Positions 13,035 to 24,579 of a stretch of 64,000 nucleotides of DNA are shown one piece after another (position 1 is the first letter of the stretch; every line of letters begins with the position of its first letter). The stretch spans positions 21,824,001 to 21,888,000 of the forward strand of contig NC_043017.1 in NCBI RefSeq assembly GCF_006345805.1. The letters run 5' to 3'. Source of the DNA: Octopus sinensis. Taxonomy: Eukaryota. Below the pieces are notes generated by a model, which made no database searches, was not told the DNA's origin, and saw nothing but the letters and a program-made list of their open reading frames with translations. Both the position numbers and the translations under genes were made by a program.

Positions 13035-13264
13035 ATAACCCTTTTGAAACCAACCTGCCTAAGGCCAGCCCTGGTTCTGCGATATAAATTTCCTGTTTTC
13101 ATGTGACCTACATCAAAAACTTCCTTCAAACTCCCTTGTTAATTCATCTATTGACAACCTGGTTAATAGCAACGAAATCATTTGACTAAATTCTCAAATA
13201 TTTTCAAAATAAATTTAAACAAAATCTGTGTATTTCAACAGAAATATGATAACAAAAGGGTTAA
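13035..13264. mobile_element. TTAA-type MITE, family ccctttcgtt
   Basis: ataa|cccttttgaaacc ... gataacaaaaggg|ttaa; reverse homologue of 13843-14305. Confidence 0.7.
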
Positions 13265-13270
13265 ATATAG

Positions 13271-13846
13271 CCCTTTAGTTTTCTGATTATTTTGTCAAAT
13301 TTAATGCTCATTTATTCATATTGCTTTGAATTAATAATCATGCATTATTTCATAGCTATGAGATTTTAATGATGACATCATCATCATCACCATTATCATC
13401 ATTTAATGTCTGCCTTCTATGCTGTCATGGGTTGGAGGGTTTGACAGGACCTGAACAGGTAGAAGACTATCCCAGGCTACTGTGTCTGTTGTGGCAGGGG
13501 TTTTACATCTGGATGCCCTTCCTAACACCAACCACCCTACGAAGTTGATGGCGTGCTTTTCACATGGCAGTAGCACAGGCGAGATCAGTTTTGGCATGGT
13601 TTTTACAGCTGGATGCCCTTCCAAATGCCAACCACTTCGCAGTGTGGATTGGATGCTTTTTATATGGGGCCACCAAGTAACTTGCAAGACAAAGATCCTT
13701 TGTGAGGGCAAGGGGCCATTGTGAATGTTTATTTCTAAAAATTACACTGTAGGATAGGTCTGAAAGGTCAGATTTAACCAGTCTGAGGATAAAACAGAAA
13801 AATAGTTTTTGCTGGATATGACCAGTTTAAATGCGAAATGGCTTAA
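13271..13846. mobile_element. TTAA-type MITE (ccctttag family) interrupted by an RTE 3' end
   Basis: Starts ccctttagtttt and ends aatgcgaaatggc|ttaa; insertion at about 13375-13722. Confidence 0.6.
13375..13722 (-). mobile_element. RTE LINE 3' UTR fragment with (GAT)n tail
   Basis: ctggatgcccttcctaac and ctggatgcccttccaaatg motifs plus (CAT)n on the plus strand. Confidence 0.7.
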
Positions 13847-14305
13847 CCCTTTCGTTACTGTATTTATTTTGAGATGCTCTGTGTTTTTTTTCAACTACTT
13901 TAACACACTCACCGGTAAAATTTCCACGGTTTTCTTATATTTATTTTCCTAAAATTTTTGTTGCGTCTTGCATCCTTTTCAATAGTTTTTAGGAGAATAA
14001 AAATAAGCAAAACCTGGAAATTTTACCGGTGAGTGTGTTACATAATAAGGCACAAAAAGAAAATGACTCTCCCCAGACACAATAGAATATGCTTCAACAC
14101 ACGAACTCATATAAAGAATCTTGCAAACCAAATCCAAAAACGAAATTTAAATATAACAAATAACTTAGTTATCATTCAGCTAGTTTTAGAAACATAAATT
14201 GTGACTGAGATTTGGTGGAAGATTTTAATTCAAATCTCATGAAAACAAAACATTTGTAGTCAGAACCAGAACCAGTTTCAGGCAGGTTGGAAACGAAAGG
14301 GTTAA
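13843..14305. mobile_element. piggyBac-like MITE with TTAA target duplication
   Basis: TTAA-CCCTTTCGTTAC ... GAAACGAAAGGG-TTAA terminal inverted repeats. Confidence 0.8.
13901..14146. mobile_element. Fold-back element (about 54-bp arms plus unique tail) nested in the MITE
   Basis: taacacactcaccggtaaaatttcca ... tggaaattttaccggtgagtgtgtta; absent from the 13035-13264 copy. Confidence 0.7.
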
Positions 14306-14604
14306 GGTCAGTATAGCTTTCATCTGTCCTAGCAATCTCTTTATATTGACAGATAAATTCGTTCTTTTTTGTTTCTACCTCGCACTCACTCATCATATAT
14401 CTGAAAATTATGGTTGAATTTATTCAAATTTCAAAACTGATAAACATAAATTGTAGAGGTTTAGAGCTACAAAAACGAAAAATCTTCAAAAACTCTATGA
14501 TAAAAATGTTTTTCTTATTAATTCAAATAATATTGGAAATAATTAAAATAAATGGTTCAATAAAAACAAAAAACAAAAATAAATGAATTCATCTAACAAA
14601 CCAA

Positions 14605-14810
14605 TATATCTTTTATCTTTTACTTGTCTCACTCACTAGATTGCAGCCATGCTGGAGCACTGCCTTGAGGAATTTTAGTCGAACAGAACGACCTTGCTCC
14701 AGTATTATTTTTTTTAAAACCTGGTACTTATTCTGTTAGATCTTTTGCCAAACTGCTAAGTTACAAAATTGTAAAAATACACAAACACTGGGGTTGACAC
14801 CTGTGAAGAG

Positions 14811-14845
<35 letters not shown>

Positions 14846-15134
14846 CAAACACAGGTACGAAGACTCGTGCACACAAGTCAATCATAGCGCTTATTTCTTT
14901 TAAGCTTCACACTTATTTGACTGGTCACCTTTGCAAAAACCACAAAGTTTCAGGGAAGTAAACAAACCAACACTGGTTGTCAAGTGGTGGTAGCGGACAA
15001 ACACAAACAGATACATATGCACACAGATACATATGCAAACAGATACATATGCACACAGATACATATGCAAACAGATACATATGCACACACATGCGTGCAC
15101 ACACACAAACGCAAACACACACACATAAACACAG

Positions 15135-15165
<31 letters not shown>

Positions 15166-15290
15166 CATGGTAGGCTTTCAGTTTCCATCTACCAAATCCA
15201 CTCATATGGTTTTAGTCAGCCTAACGCTATAGTAAAAGACATTTGCCAAAAGGTGCCATGGAATGGAATTGAACCCAAGACCACAACCAG
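14605..15290. mobile_element. Mosaic of SINE family A fragments with a 16-bp minisatellite (acagatacatatgcac) at about 15006-15085
   Basis: tttacttg..gccatgctggagcac and ccaaatccactca..gtgccat segments. Confidence 0.65.
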
Positions 15291-15848
15291 GATTGTTACC
15301 CTCACAGCCTCACCTACACCTATATATATATTTTGTCTTAGCTCATTGGTACTTTTGCTGATCACTCATACAGCTTGTAATGATCTGTAATCCAGGGTTA
15401 AATGCTGCAGTTTAGGTGTTATAGGATTATACTTGCATTTGATGCAAAACAGGTGATAAAACATTTTGGATAACATCACATGGATCAGTATTGTCCTGAA
15501 AGCTATAAACTCTGTTAATGGAATTGGTGTTACAAAAGGAAAAGATAACAGAGAAGAAACAAGAAAGTCAGTGATGTTAGCGTCAGAGGAAAAAAAAATG
15601 GTAAATTAAATCTATGAAATAAGATGACAAAAAAAAACAGGTGATATCTAATATTTTTTTTTTTGTGAGGGTTTTTTTTCTTCCTCCCAAATGTTAGGAG
15701 TATAAAAACAATGTAGAAATCAATCGAGGACAGGAAAAAAATTTTAATTCTATGAACAGTTCTGAAGAAATTGTTACACAAAAAGGAACCTGAAAGCTAT
15801 TACAGAACTGAGAGCTTCATATAGTTGTTCTGTTGAGTGTGTGTGTAC

Positions 15849-15924
<76 letters not shown>

Positions 15925-15925
<1 letters not shown>

Positions 15926-16325
15926 ACATCATCATCATCATCGTCATCGCCTAATGTCCATTTTCCATGCTGGCATGGGTTGCACAGTTTGACTGGGGTC
16001 TGGAAAGCCAGGAGGCTCCATGAGGCTCCAATCTGATCTGGCAAGGATTCTACAGCTGGATGCCCTTCCTAACGCCATCCACTCCAAGAGTGTAGTGGGT
16101 GATCTTTACGTGCCACCAGCACAGGGGCCAGAGTAGGCTGGCATCGACCATGATTGGATAGTGCTTTTTATGTGCTCCCGGCACAGGAGCCAGTCAGGGT
16201 GGTGCTGGCATCGGCCACATTCAGATGGTGCTTTTTCTGTGCCACCAGCACAGAAGCCAGTCGGGGCGAGGGGGCTGTCATCGATCATGTTTGCATGTGC
16301 TTTTTACATGCCACTGGCACAGGAA
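15925..16325 (-). mobile_element. RTE LINE 3' UTR with several hairpin-repeat units
   Basis: Homologous to 20825-21370. Confidence 0.75.
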
Positions 16326-16354
16326 TACATGTAAATATATATATATATATATAT

Positions 16355-16837
16355 AAAGTCAAAATAAGGGTGAAAAAAATTGAATATTAATTAGTAACAT
16401 CAATTTAAACACCAAGTGGCCTAGCGTATAAAAGACTGGGATACAGTAAAAATCATTAACACAAAACAATAAGAGAGAGTCCACTATGTGGACGCTCTAT
16501 CGCTAGATATAGATCTGCAAAGGGAATCCACCACCAAAGAATTGTTCTCAAGAATTAATTCAACACGCCAAGAACGTAAGCGAGCAGGACAAATGAAAAA
16601 TAACGAAAAAATAGATTAACTCTATACAATTGTTTCATCGTTAATAGATTATGTAATTTTACTTATATAAGTATTTTCGAATCGTCAATTTTTTCGTTAT
16701 TTTTCATTTGTCCTGCCCGCTTACGTTCTTGGCGTGTTGAATTAATTCTTGAGAACAGTTCTTTGGTGGTGGATTCCCTTTGCGGATCTATATCTAGCGT
16801 TAGAGCGTCCACATAGTGGACTCTCTCTTATTGTTTT
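16355..16837 (-). mobile_element. Fold-back element: 150-bp inverted arms, 75-bp spacer, unique tail ending at (TA)n
   Basis: 16463-16612 versus 16688-16837 are reverse complements with 4 substitutions. Confidence 0.9.
16620..16688 (-). ncRNA. Truncated hammerhead-like motif in the fold-back spacer
   Basis: Minus strand TTGACGA-TTCG...CGAT-GAAAC-AATT-GTA; the stem I 5' strand is replaced by the inverted arm. Confidence 0.4.
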
Positions 16838-16855
16838 TTATATATATATATATAT

Positions 16856-16899
<44 letters not shown>

Positions 16900-17143
16900 T
16901 ACATAATTGCAAACCCAATTTCCTGACCAAACAGCCATGTTTGGTATCGGATGAAATTGGGTTTCTACCATAATTACAAGAACATAAAAACCCCAAATCT
17001 TCATTTAGACGGAAAGAATGATTATGCTGTTTGAGTCGAAATTAAATAAATATCTTAATTCAATGTAATGTCTAAAAGTAAACAATCTCATAAACAACAA
17101 ACAGCACTTGAGCAGAACGAACATCAAAAACCAATATAAGTAC

Positions 17144-17206
17144 CATAATCTACTTGATCTGGAAATATTGGCAGCATAACTTCATTGGTTGCTGTTAATG
17201 CAGCAT
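17144..17206 (-). CDS. Candidate 63-nt phase 1-1 exon (DAALTATNEVMLPIFPDQVDY)
   Basis: ccttctctttag acceptor, g|gtactt donor, only one open frame; protein not recognised. Confidence 0.2.
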
Positions 17207-17492
17207 CTAAAGAGAAGGCGGTGGTGATGGTGGTGGTGGTGGTGGTGGTGGTGGTGGTGTGAAACATCTGCTTAAAGAGACTTGTGAAAATATTCACATT
17301 TGCAATAATATTGAAGACACACTTCGATAAATAAGTAAATGAAAATACACACACACACTAAAAAAAGAAATGGAAGATGGAAACCAAAAAAAAAAACAAT
17401 GTTTTATTTGAAATCTTGGAGTTATGCTAAAAAAATTGTTTTAAATTTTCGATGATTATTTTATTACAAATTATGAATATTTTTGCATTCAG

Positions 17493-17514
17493 AAAAATCA
17501 CTTAGTGAAGTCAG
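17493..17514 (+). CDS. Candidate 22-nt micro-exon (EKSLSEV)
   Basis: ttttgcattcag acceptor, cag|gtaata donor. Confidence 0.15.
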
Positions 17515-17654
17515 GTAATAAATATCAAAGGAGAAAGAATTTGAAATTATAAGTGGCAATAATTGCAATATCCGAATGGTTTTGACGAGAAGCTTGCTTC
17601 ACTGATGTCAATCCTGAATAACAAACACATCTCAATTCTATACGTTAAGAATTG

Positions 17655-17812
17655 CTATATATGGCTGTGTGGTAAAAAGGTTGCTTCCCAAGCATATGGT
17701 TCCAAGATCAGTCCCACTGCATGGCACCTTGGGAAAATGTCTTTCGTTGGTCTTGAGCTGACTAAAGCTTGTGAGTGGATTTGGTAAATGGAAACTGGAA
17801 GAAGCTTGTGTG
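17655..17812 (+). mobile_element. SINE family A 5' half
   Basis: atggctgtgtggtaa...gatcagtcccactgcatggcaccttggg head. Confidence 0.7.
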
Positions 17813-17989
17813 TGTCTATATATTTAGTGCTAGGAAGGGCATCCAGGTGTAAACACCATACCAAAACAGACAGTGAAGCCTGGTGCTGTCTTCTGCCTAG
17901 CCAGCCCTTGTCAAACCATCCAACCTATGCCAACATGGAAAACAGACATTAAATGATGATGATGATATGTACACACATACACACACACA

Positions 17990-18178
17990 AAGGGGTGCTA
18001 AAATGTTTTTGGTTTTGGGTAAAAGAAAATACAGGAGGATCAGTTAATAATGATTTTATTGAACATATTCCCCTTTCAGATTCACACACTTATTGCAGTG
18101 GTCCTTCAGTTTTTTTAAGCCCTGTAAATGAACTTGGAAGGTTGGACCTCCAAGCAGGCCTTTCATGATACCTTTAAA
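17990..18178 (+). mobile_element. Tc1/mariner-like terminal fragment
   Basis: Homologous to 24945-25135, which starts TA-CGAGGG..TTGAAAAGT (mariner-type TIR). Confidence 0.5.
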
Positions 18179-18399
18179 ACCAGGAACTTTTCAGCACCCA
18201 TTTGTACATATATTTGCATGTGTGTATGTGTGTTTCTGTATGTGTATGTTTGTGTTAGCGTGTCTATGTTTCTGTGTTTTTCCCCCGCCACCACTTGATA
18301 ACTGGTGTTTGTGTGTTTATAACTCTGTGACTTAGTGGCTCAGCAAAAGGGATCAATGGAACAAGTACCAAGCTGAAAGAAAAAAAATACTGGGGTTGA

Positions 18400-18745
18400 T
18401 TTATTTGACTAAAAGTTCTTCTAGGCAGACACAGACCATCGAATTGCACCTAGAAAGTTACCCTCCCAGGCACAAGTCTGGGCAAGGTTGTTTTTTATGG
18501 AAGACCAGCAGTCGCCTATGCATACCAGCCTCCCCTCTTCATGCCACCAGTATTATCCAAGGGAAAGGCAACAGCCGATACAGCTTGGTACCTGTGACAT
18601 CGCAACTCATTTCTACAGCTGAGTGAAGTGGAGCAACGTGAAATAAAGGGTCTTGCTCAAGAACACAACACGCAGCCCAATCCGGGATTCGAGCTCACAA
18701 CCTCACGATCGTAAGCTTCGTATTCTGGCCACTGAGCCATGTGCC

Positions 18746-18748
<3 letters not shown>
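18400..18748 (-). mobile_element. tRNA-derived SINE with conserved central domain
   Basis: Minus head gaaggcacaTGGCTCAGTGG...GCTCGAATCCC, then ttgtgttcttgagcaagacc..gctccac..cagctgtagaaatgag. Confidence 0.75.
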
Positions 18749-18783
<35 letters not shown>

Positions 18784-18784
18784 C

Positions 18785-18945
18785 AATGGACTTCTTTCAG
18801 TTTCTGTCTACCAAATCCACTCTCAAGGCTTTGGTTGGCCTGAGGCTATAGTAGAAGACACTTGCCCAAGGTGCCACGCAGTGGGACTGAACCTAGAACC
18901 ATGTGGTTGGTAAGCAAGCTACTTACCACACAGCCACTCCTGTGC
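18785..18945 (-). mobile_element. SINE family A 5' half
   Basis: ctaccaaatccactc...cttaccacacagccactcct. Confidence 0.85.
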
Positions 18946-19294
18946 CTATATGGTTACCATTGTTTTGAATACACATTGCCATATATCTACCTCACTCATT
19001 GTGAACTCATAACAGCACGTCTGGTGAAACCTGTTGTTGTTGAAACATGGAGACTTTTGAATCACCCTGTACATATAGACGTGCACGCCTGTACATATAT
19101 ATGTGCATACATAAGCACGCACACACACACGTATATATATACACACACATTCATTAATATAACACTGTAGTGATTGCAATTTTAAAAACAATTATGAAAC
19201 CGAGCCTATGAAGATGCCAGAATTATACTTTATCTCACACACACACACACACACACACAACACTCTCTCACTCACTCACTCACTCACTCACACA

Positions 19295-19335
<41 letters not shown>

Positions 19336-19342
19336 TCACTCA

Positions 19343-19390
<48 letters not shown>

Positions 19391-19854
19391 ACATAAACAA
19401 AACAAAACAGCATTTCACTGGTTTTGTTTCCTTGCTTTTGTGAATCATGACATATTTTAAAGCGGAAATTGTGATATTTCTCGGCTGATATTTCACACGT
19501 TGCAGCAGATCGTGGCAGAGATACAAGAAAATATATTCCATATCTTAACACACAATCGTTAAACATCTTCAGTAAAATATCACACGATATTTTACAATAT
19601 TCTGTTTCTTCTCCCTTTAAATTTATCAGTAGAAGGTGAAGTGATATTAAGTGTTACATAATAGGGTATACGTTAAGGTTATGTGATTTTTTAATAACAG
19701 ATGATTCTTTATTTTTAAAAAAATCAGTTCCTATTCTTTAATATAATGTTATTAACATAATACTGTTCTTCAGTATAGAGAACCTTTATTGTAATTATGA
19801 GAAATGCCAATTGTAGGGAAAATTTGGGTTAATAATAATAATAAGAAGAAGAAA

Positions 19855-20109
19855 AAGAATAAGACTAGTTGGGGACTAGTTGATTACATTGACCCCAGTG
19901 TTTCACTGGTATTTAATTCATTGACCCCCACTAAAGGATGAAAGGTAAAGTTGACTTTGGTGGAATTTGAACTCAGAATGTAAAGTTGAACCAAATGCCA
20001 CCAAGCATTTTGCCCAGCATGCTAACGAGTCTGCCACCGTGCTGCATTGATGATGATAATAATATAATAATAATAATAATAATAATAATAGTAATAATAA
20101 TAATAATAA

Positions 20110-20200
<91 letters not shown>

Positions 20201-20400
20201 AAGAAGAAGAAGAAGAAGAAGAAGAAGAAGAAGAAGAAGAATCCTATCTACTAAAGGTACAAGGCCAGAAATTTTGTGCATAGGGACAAGTCGATTACAT
20301 CGACTCCAATGTTTTACTGGTACATAATTTATCGATCCCAAAAAGATGAAAGGTAAAGTCAACCTTGGTGGAATTTGAACTCAGAAATACTACTAAGCAT
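19855..20400 (-). mobile_element. Two SINE family B copies separated by an (AAT)n(AAG)n tail
   Basis: Repeated gattacattgacccc..ggatgaaaggtaaagt..ggaatttgaactcag. Confidence 0.85.
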
Positions 20401-20824
20401 TTTGTCCAAAATGCATGGCTGGTGTCCAATGACTAAAACATGTAAAGGACAGAAGATATTTAATCAAAAAAGCAAAAAAGCAGCAGAATAGATGCTTCTA
20501 TCCAAAGACAATTATCTCAATAATTAATTTCTATTGCAAATTGAAAGTTACTTTAACACAACATGATTGCAGAGATGATAGCAAACGATAATGTCAACAG
20601 TTATTTCGTTTCATTTTCCACGAGGCAGCAGATACAGTGTCAGATTTTGTTGAGGGAGATGACGGTCAGTTTGTTATTTCTCTCCATGGATACAATTAAT
20701 GGTGAGTGTGTAATTAGATATTGCTGCTGGATGAGCGAGAATCCAAATTTCAATTGTTGTGACATTTAAATTGAGAACACTGACCCAATATGCCGGATAA
20801 TAAATATGAAGCATCATGTTTTAG

Positions 20825-21668
20825 TTATCTTCTGCCATTCTCATCATCATCATCATCATCATCGTTTAACATCCGTTTTTCTACGCTAGCACGGGTTGGA
20901 TGGTTTGACCGGGGTCTGGGAAGTCAGGGGCTGCACCAGGCTCCAGTCTGATCTGGCAGTGTTTCTACAGCTGGATGCCCTTCCTAACGCCAACCACTCC
21001 GTGAGTGTAGTGGGTGCTTTTTACGTGCCACCGGCACAGGTGCCAGGGGAGTCTGGCATCGGCCACGATCGGTTGGTGCTTTTAACGGGCCACTGGCACG
21101 GAAGCCAGTCAAGGCGGCGCTGGCTTTGGCCATGTTCGGATAGTGCTTTTTATGTGCCACTGGTACAGAAGCCAGTCGAGGTGGGGCTGGCATTGGCCAT
21201 GTTCGGATGGTGCTTTTTATGTGCCACCGGCACAGAAGCCAGTCGAGGCAGCGCTGGCATCAGCCACGTTCGGATGGTGCTTTTTATGTGCCACCGGCAC
21301 AGAAGCCAGTCAAGGCAGCACTGGCATCGGCCACGTTCGGATGGAGCTTTTTACGTGCCACCGGCACAGGTATCACAACTACTATTTCCATTGACATTGA
21401 TTTCGATGTTCATGTACTTGACTCAATAGGTCTCCTCAAGCACAGCGGGATGTTCTGGAATCCAAGGTACTTTGAATGAGTAGGGGCTATGCGGAACTGG
21501 TGCAGGAAGCAGCCCAGGTCTTTGCAATCACAGCATATCCCCAGAGATCTTGGTCCTTCGTCATTGCCTCTGTGAGGCCCAACGCTCTGAGGTCATGCTT
21601 GACTACTTCATCCCATGTCGTCCTGGGTCTACCTCTCCCCCTGATACCTTCAACTGTTTGGGAGCGCT
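20825..21668 (-). mobile_element. 5'-truncated RTE LINE: ORF2 C-terminus, 3' UTR with six 67-bp units, (GAT)n tail
   Basis: Minus VEGIRGRGRPRTTWDEVVKHDLRALGLTEAMTKDQDLW is a typical RTE C-terminal GRPR..W motif. Confidence 0.88.
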
Positions 21669-21854
21669 TCAATAATAATAATAATAACAACAACAATAAT
21701 AATAATAATAATAATAATGCATGTGATGTATGGAAAAATAGCACTGCTAAGCACTGTTTGTACCCAAAGCATAGAGAGATGCATTTGTTAGTGCAGTGAA
21801 AGCAAGCAATAAAAATACGACCACTGAATAGTAAAGATGATGATGATGATAATA

Positions 21855-22310
21855 ATTTCTACTGTAGGCACAAAGCCGGAAATTTGGGGGAAGGGAGCTA
21901 GTTGATTAGATTGACCCCAGTATACAGCTGGTACTTCATTCATCGACCCCAAAAGGATGAAGAGCAAAGTCGACCTCGGTGGAATTTGAACTCAGAACAT
22001 AGTTACAGACAAAATACCACAAAGCATTTCACCCGGCATTCTAACGATTCTACAAGCTCACCACCTTAATAATAATGATGATAATGATAATAATAATAAT
22101 AATAATGAGAAGAAGAAGAAGAAGAAAAAGAAGAAGAAGAAGAAGAAGAAGAAGAAGAAGACCCCAGTATGCAACTAGTACTTAATTTATCGACCCCAAA
22201 AGGATGAAAGGCAAAGTTGACCTCGGCACAACTTGAACTCAGAATGTTAAGACAGACGAAATACCGCTAAGCATTTTGCTTGGCATGCTAATGTTTCTGC
22301 CAGCTTGCTG
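21855..22310 (-). mobile_element. Two tandem SINE family B copies
   Basis: aggcacaaagccggaaattt..gtcgacctcggtggaatttgaactcagaac. Confidence 0.85.
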
Positions 22311-22614
22311 TCTTGCAAAGGAAACAATGATGAAGATGCTTCTGTGGAAAAGAAAATACCAATGGGAATTAAGAAAAATTTTCATTCTCCTTAGCAAGAA
22401 AGAAAATGAGAAGGACAAAAAGTGAACGACTATCAAAAGAAAAAAAATGTTACCTACCTATTAACCAATTTACATACCTACCTGTCTTCTTACCTACCTA
22501 CCTAATTGCATCTATTTGACCTAGTTATTAGGTGAGAAAATAATTTGTTGCCATAATAGAATGCTGCTAAACATCGGAGAGGCTGTTTAAGGGAGAGAAA
22601 GGGGTCTACCTTAC

Positions 22615-22692
22615 ATACTCAGCTGTTGTACCGATTAAATTTGCTGCTGGGAAATTGATTGGAAATGCATGCATGAACTCTTGCAGAGAAAT
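22615..22692 (-). CDS. Candidate exon (ISLQ)EFMHAFPINFPAANLIGTTAEY
   Basis: tat|gtaagg donor, two possible acceptors (22692 phase 0 or 22679 phase 1), open frame; protein not recognised. Confidence 0.22.
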
Positions 22693-22711
22693 CTATGATG
22701 AAGTTGCCTTG
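22687..22711 (+). CDS. Candidate 25-nt micro-exon (EIYDEVAL)
   Basis: ctcttgcag acceptor, ttg|gtaatt donor; conflicts with the minus-strand candidate. Confidence 0.12.
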
Positions 22712-22742
22712 GTAATTGTTTGGTGTTTATTAGGTGGGAATT

Positions 22743-22756
22743 GTCACCATAGTAAC
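22743..22756. promoter_or_regulatory. RFX X-box-like motif
   Basis: GTCACC-AT-AGTAAC matches GTNRCC(N0-3)RGYAAC, inside a non-repetitive island. Confidence 0.3.
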
Positions 22757-23281
22757 CAAACAACACCATCATTTTCTTCTCTCTTCTGTATAATTCGATT
22801 TAATTTTTGGGTGACAGAAATTCTAGAAGTTCTCTCCCTTCATGCGCTTGAAAATAATTTCATTAACTTTAATGAAAATGTTTATAATAATGGTTAGACT
22901 AGGAAAGACAGGAAAATATTTTGGGCTTATTAAGTCAAGTAGGATAGCCTGTGTTTGATAATATGTATATATACATATATAAAAAGCACTGGTGATGGTG
23001 TCATGTAAAATGCACCTAATACACTCTGTAAAGTGGTTGGCATTAGGAAGGGTATCCAAGCCAAAACAGTCTACGAAACCAAGCACAACCCCCTCGCATT
23101 GCTAGTTTCAATCAAGCAGTCCAACATGCCATCTCACGTTTGTGAATACCTTGTTTTAGAAGAAAGAATAGCTAAGCTGACCTCAGTGGTTTATCAAACT
23201 AGTATGCAGAGAATCAGAACAAAATTTTGTACAGAATTCTATCCACCATTCTTAAAACTCTGCCAATTATTACTTGTATAC

Positions 23282-23312
<31 letters not shown>

Positions 23313-23328
23313 TCAAAATGCATCTTAC

Positions 23329-23355
23329 CTCTGCGGTACAGGTGTAAAAAAACAG
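23329..23355 (-). CDS. Candidate 27-nt micro-exon (VFLHLYRR or LFFYTCTAE)
   Basis: tcgtttcaacag acceptor, gag|gtaaga donor, symmetric length. Confidence 0.2.
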
Positions 23356-23651
23356 CTGTTGAAACGATTGTAGTGTATATGAAGACAGAATCTCATGAAT
23401 TCCATTTTCTCGCTGATCAATTTATCCGATATGTGTGTGTGTATGTGTGTGTGTGCTTATGTGTGTTTGAGTCTGTATGGACACATACGTGCTCACATAC
23501 ACACACTTACACACTCATACATACACAGACAGATATACATACACAAGCTCACAAAAGTCTGAATAATGCAGAGCTGAGTTGCCATGTTATTAAATTCTTA
23601 CAACACTAACTACATGTGCTTGAGTTGCATGCTACTTTTTTTCCCTTTGCT

Positions 23652-23691
<40 letters not shown>

Positions 23692-24407
23692 TACATACAT
23701 ATCTACATACATATATACATATATATACATATACACACACATAGATATATACATACACACACATATATATACATATATAAATATACACACACACATATAT
23801 ATATACATACCTACACATATATACATATATACATATATTTATACACACACACATATATATATACATACACATAAATACATATATATATAGATACATATAT
23901 ACATACACATACATATATACATACACATACATACATACATACATACATATTTATATACATACATATATTTGTATATATAAACATATATATATGTACATGT
24001 ATATTCACACACATGCACAGATGTGTGTGTGTGTGTGTGTGTGCTCTTGTTATGTTCTCCTGAAGCCCTTTAGTTATTTAAAACATACATATATCTTGTT
24101 TCATTTCCTTGTACTCCAATATATTCCACAAACATATGTTAATACATACCAAAGTCTTTTGTTATAAATATATAACACTATCATTAGTTCTCTTATCTAT
24201 TACATCTACATTAGTCAGTTTTAGGCTACTGGCATATTTACTTACTTTTCTCCCATAAATTTCTTCATATTCTTCCTTCCCTATTCACACCATCTCTCTC
24301 TTCCTCGTAATATATAAACTGTTTCCCTGCTTGTCCAAACCTCCACCATCGCAGCCTTTCTCATATCAACTTCAACATTTTTACTGTACATTTTTCTGTG
24401 CTTGCAG

Positions 24408-24427
24408 AGGTCAATGGGATTCACTGA
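24408..24427 (+). CDS. Candidate 20-nt micro-exon (RSMGFT)
   Basis: tttttctgtgcttgcag acceptor, tga|gtaagg donor. Confidence 0.15.
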
Positions 24428-24579
24428 GTAAGGTTTTCTACAGCTTAACCCTTTGCAGACAGTGCCTCATTTGGTGTTTCAATGCCAAAAAGATGGAGCC
24501 CTTTCACAAGCCCTGCAGAGGGCACTTATTAAAAAAAAAATAATAAAATTATAAAAAAATTAATTAATTACTTTATATA

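Noticed and set aside
18690-18748. tRNA-like A/B boxes here and at other SINE heads
   Set aside because: Each continues into SINE body and tail, and no complete cloverleaf is evident, so these are SINE heads rather than tRNA genes
19050-19072. Single mariner-type TIR end (acttttgaatcaccctgta)
   Set aside because: No matching opposite end found, so not called as an element
20625-20701. Perfect atg|gtgagt donor with upstream peptide AADTVSDFVEGDDGQFVISLHGYN
   Set aside because: The natural-looking frame hits TAA before the donor, and other frames do not fit neighbouring candidates
21010-21370. CRISPR-like repeat/spacer appearance
   Set aside because: The apparent spacers are homologous to each other, the array sits in an RTE 3' UTR, and the context is eukaryotic with no cas genes
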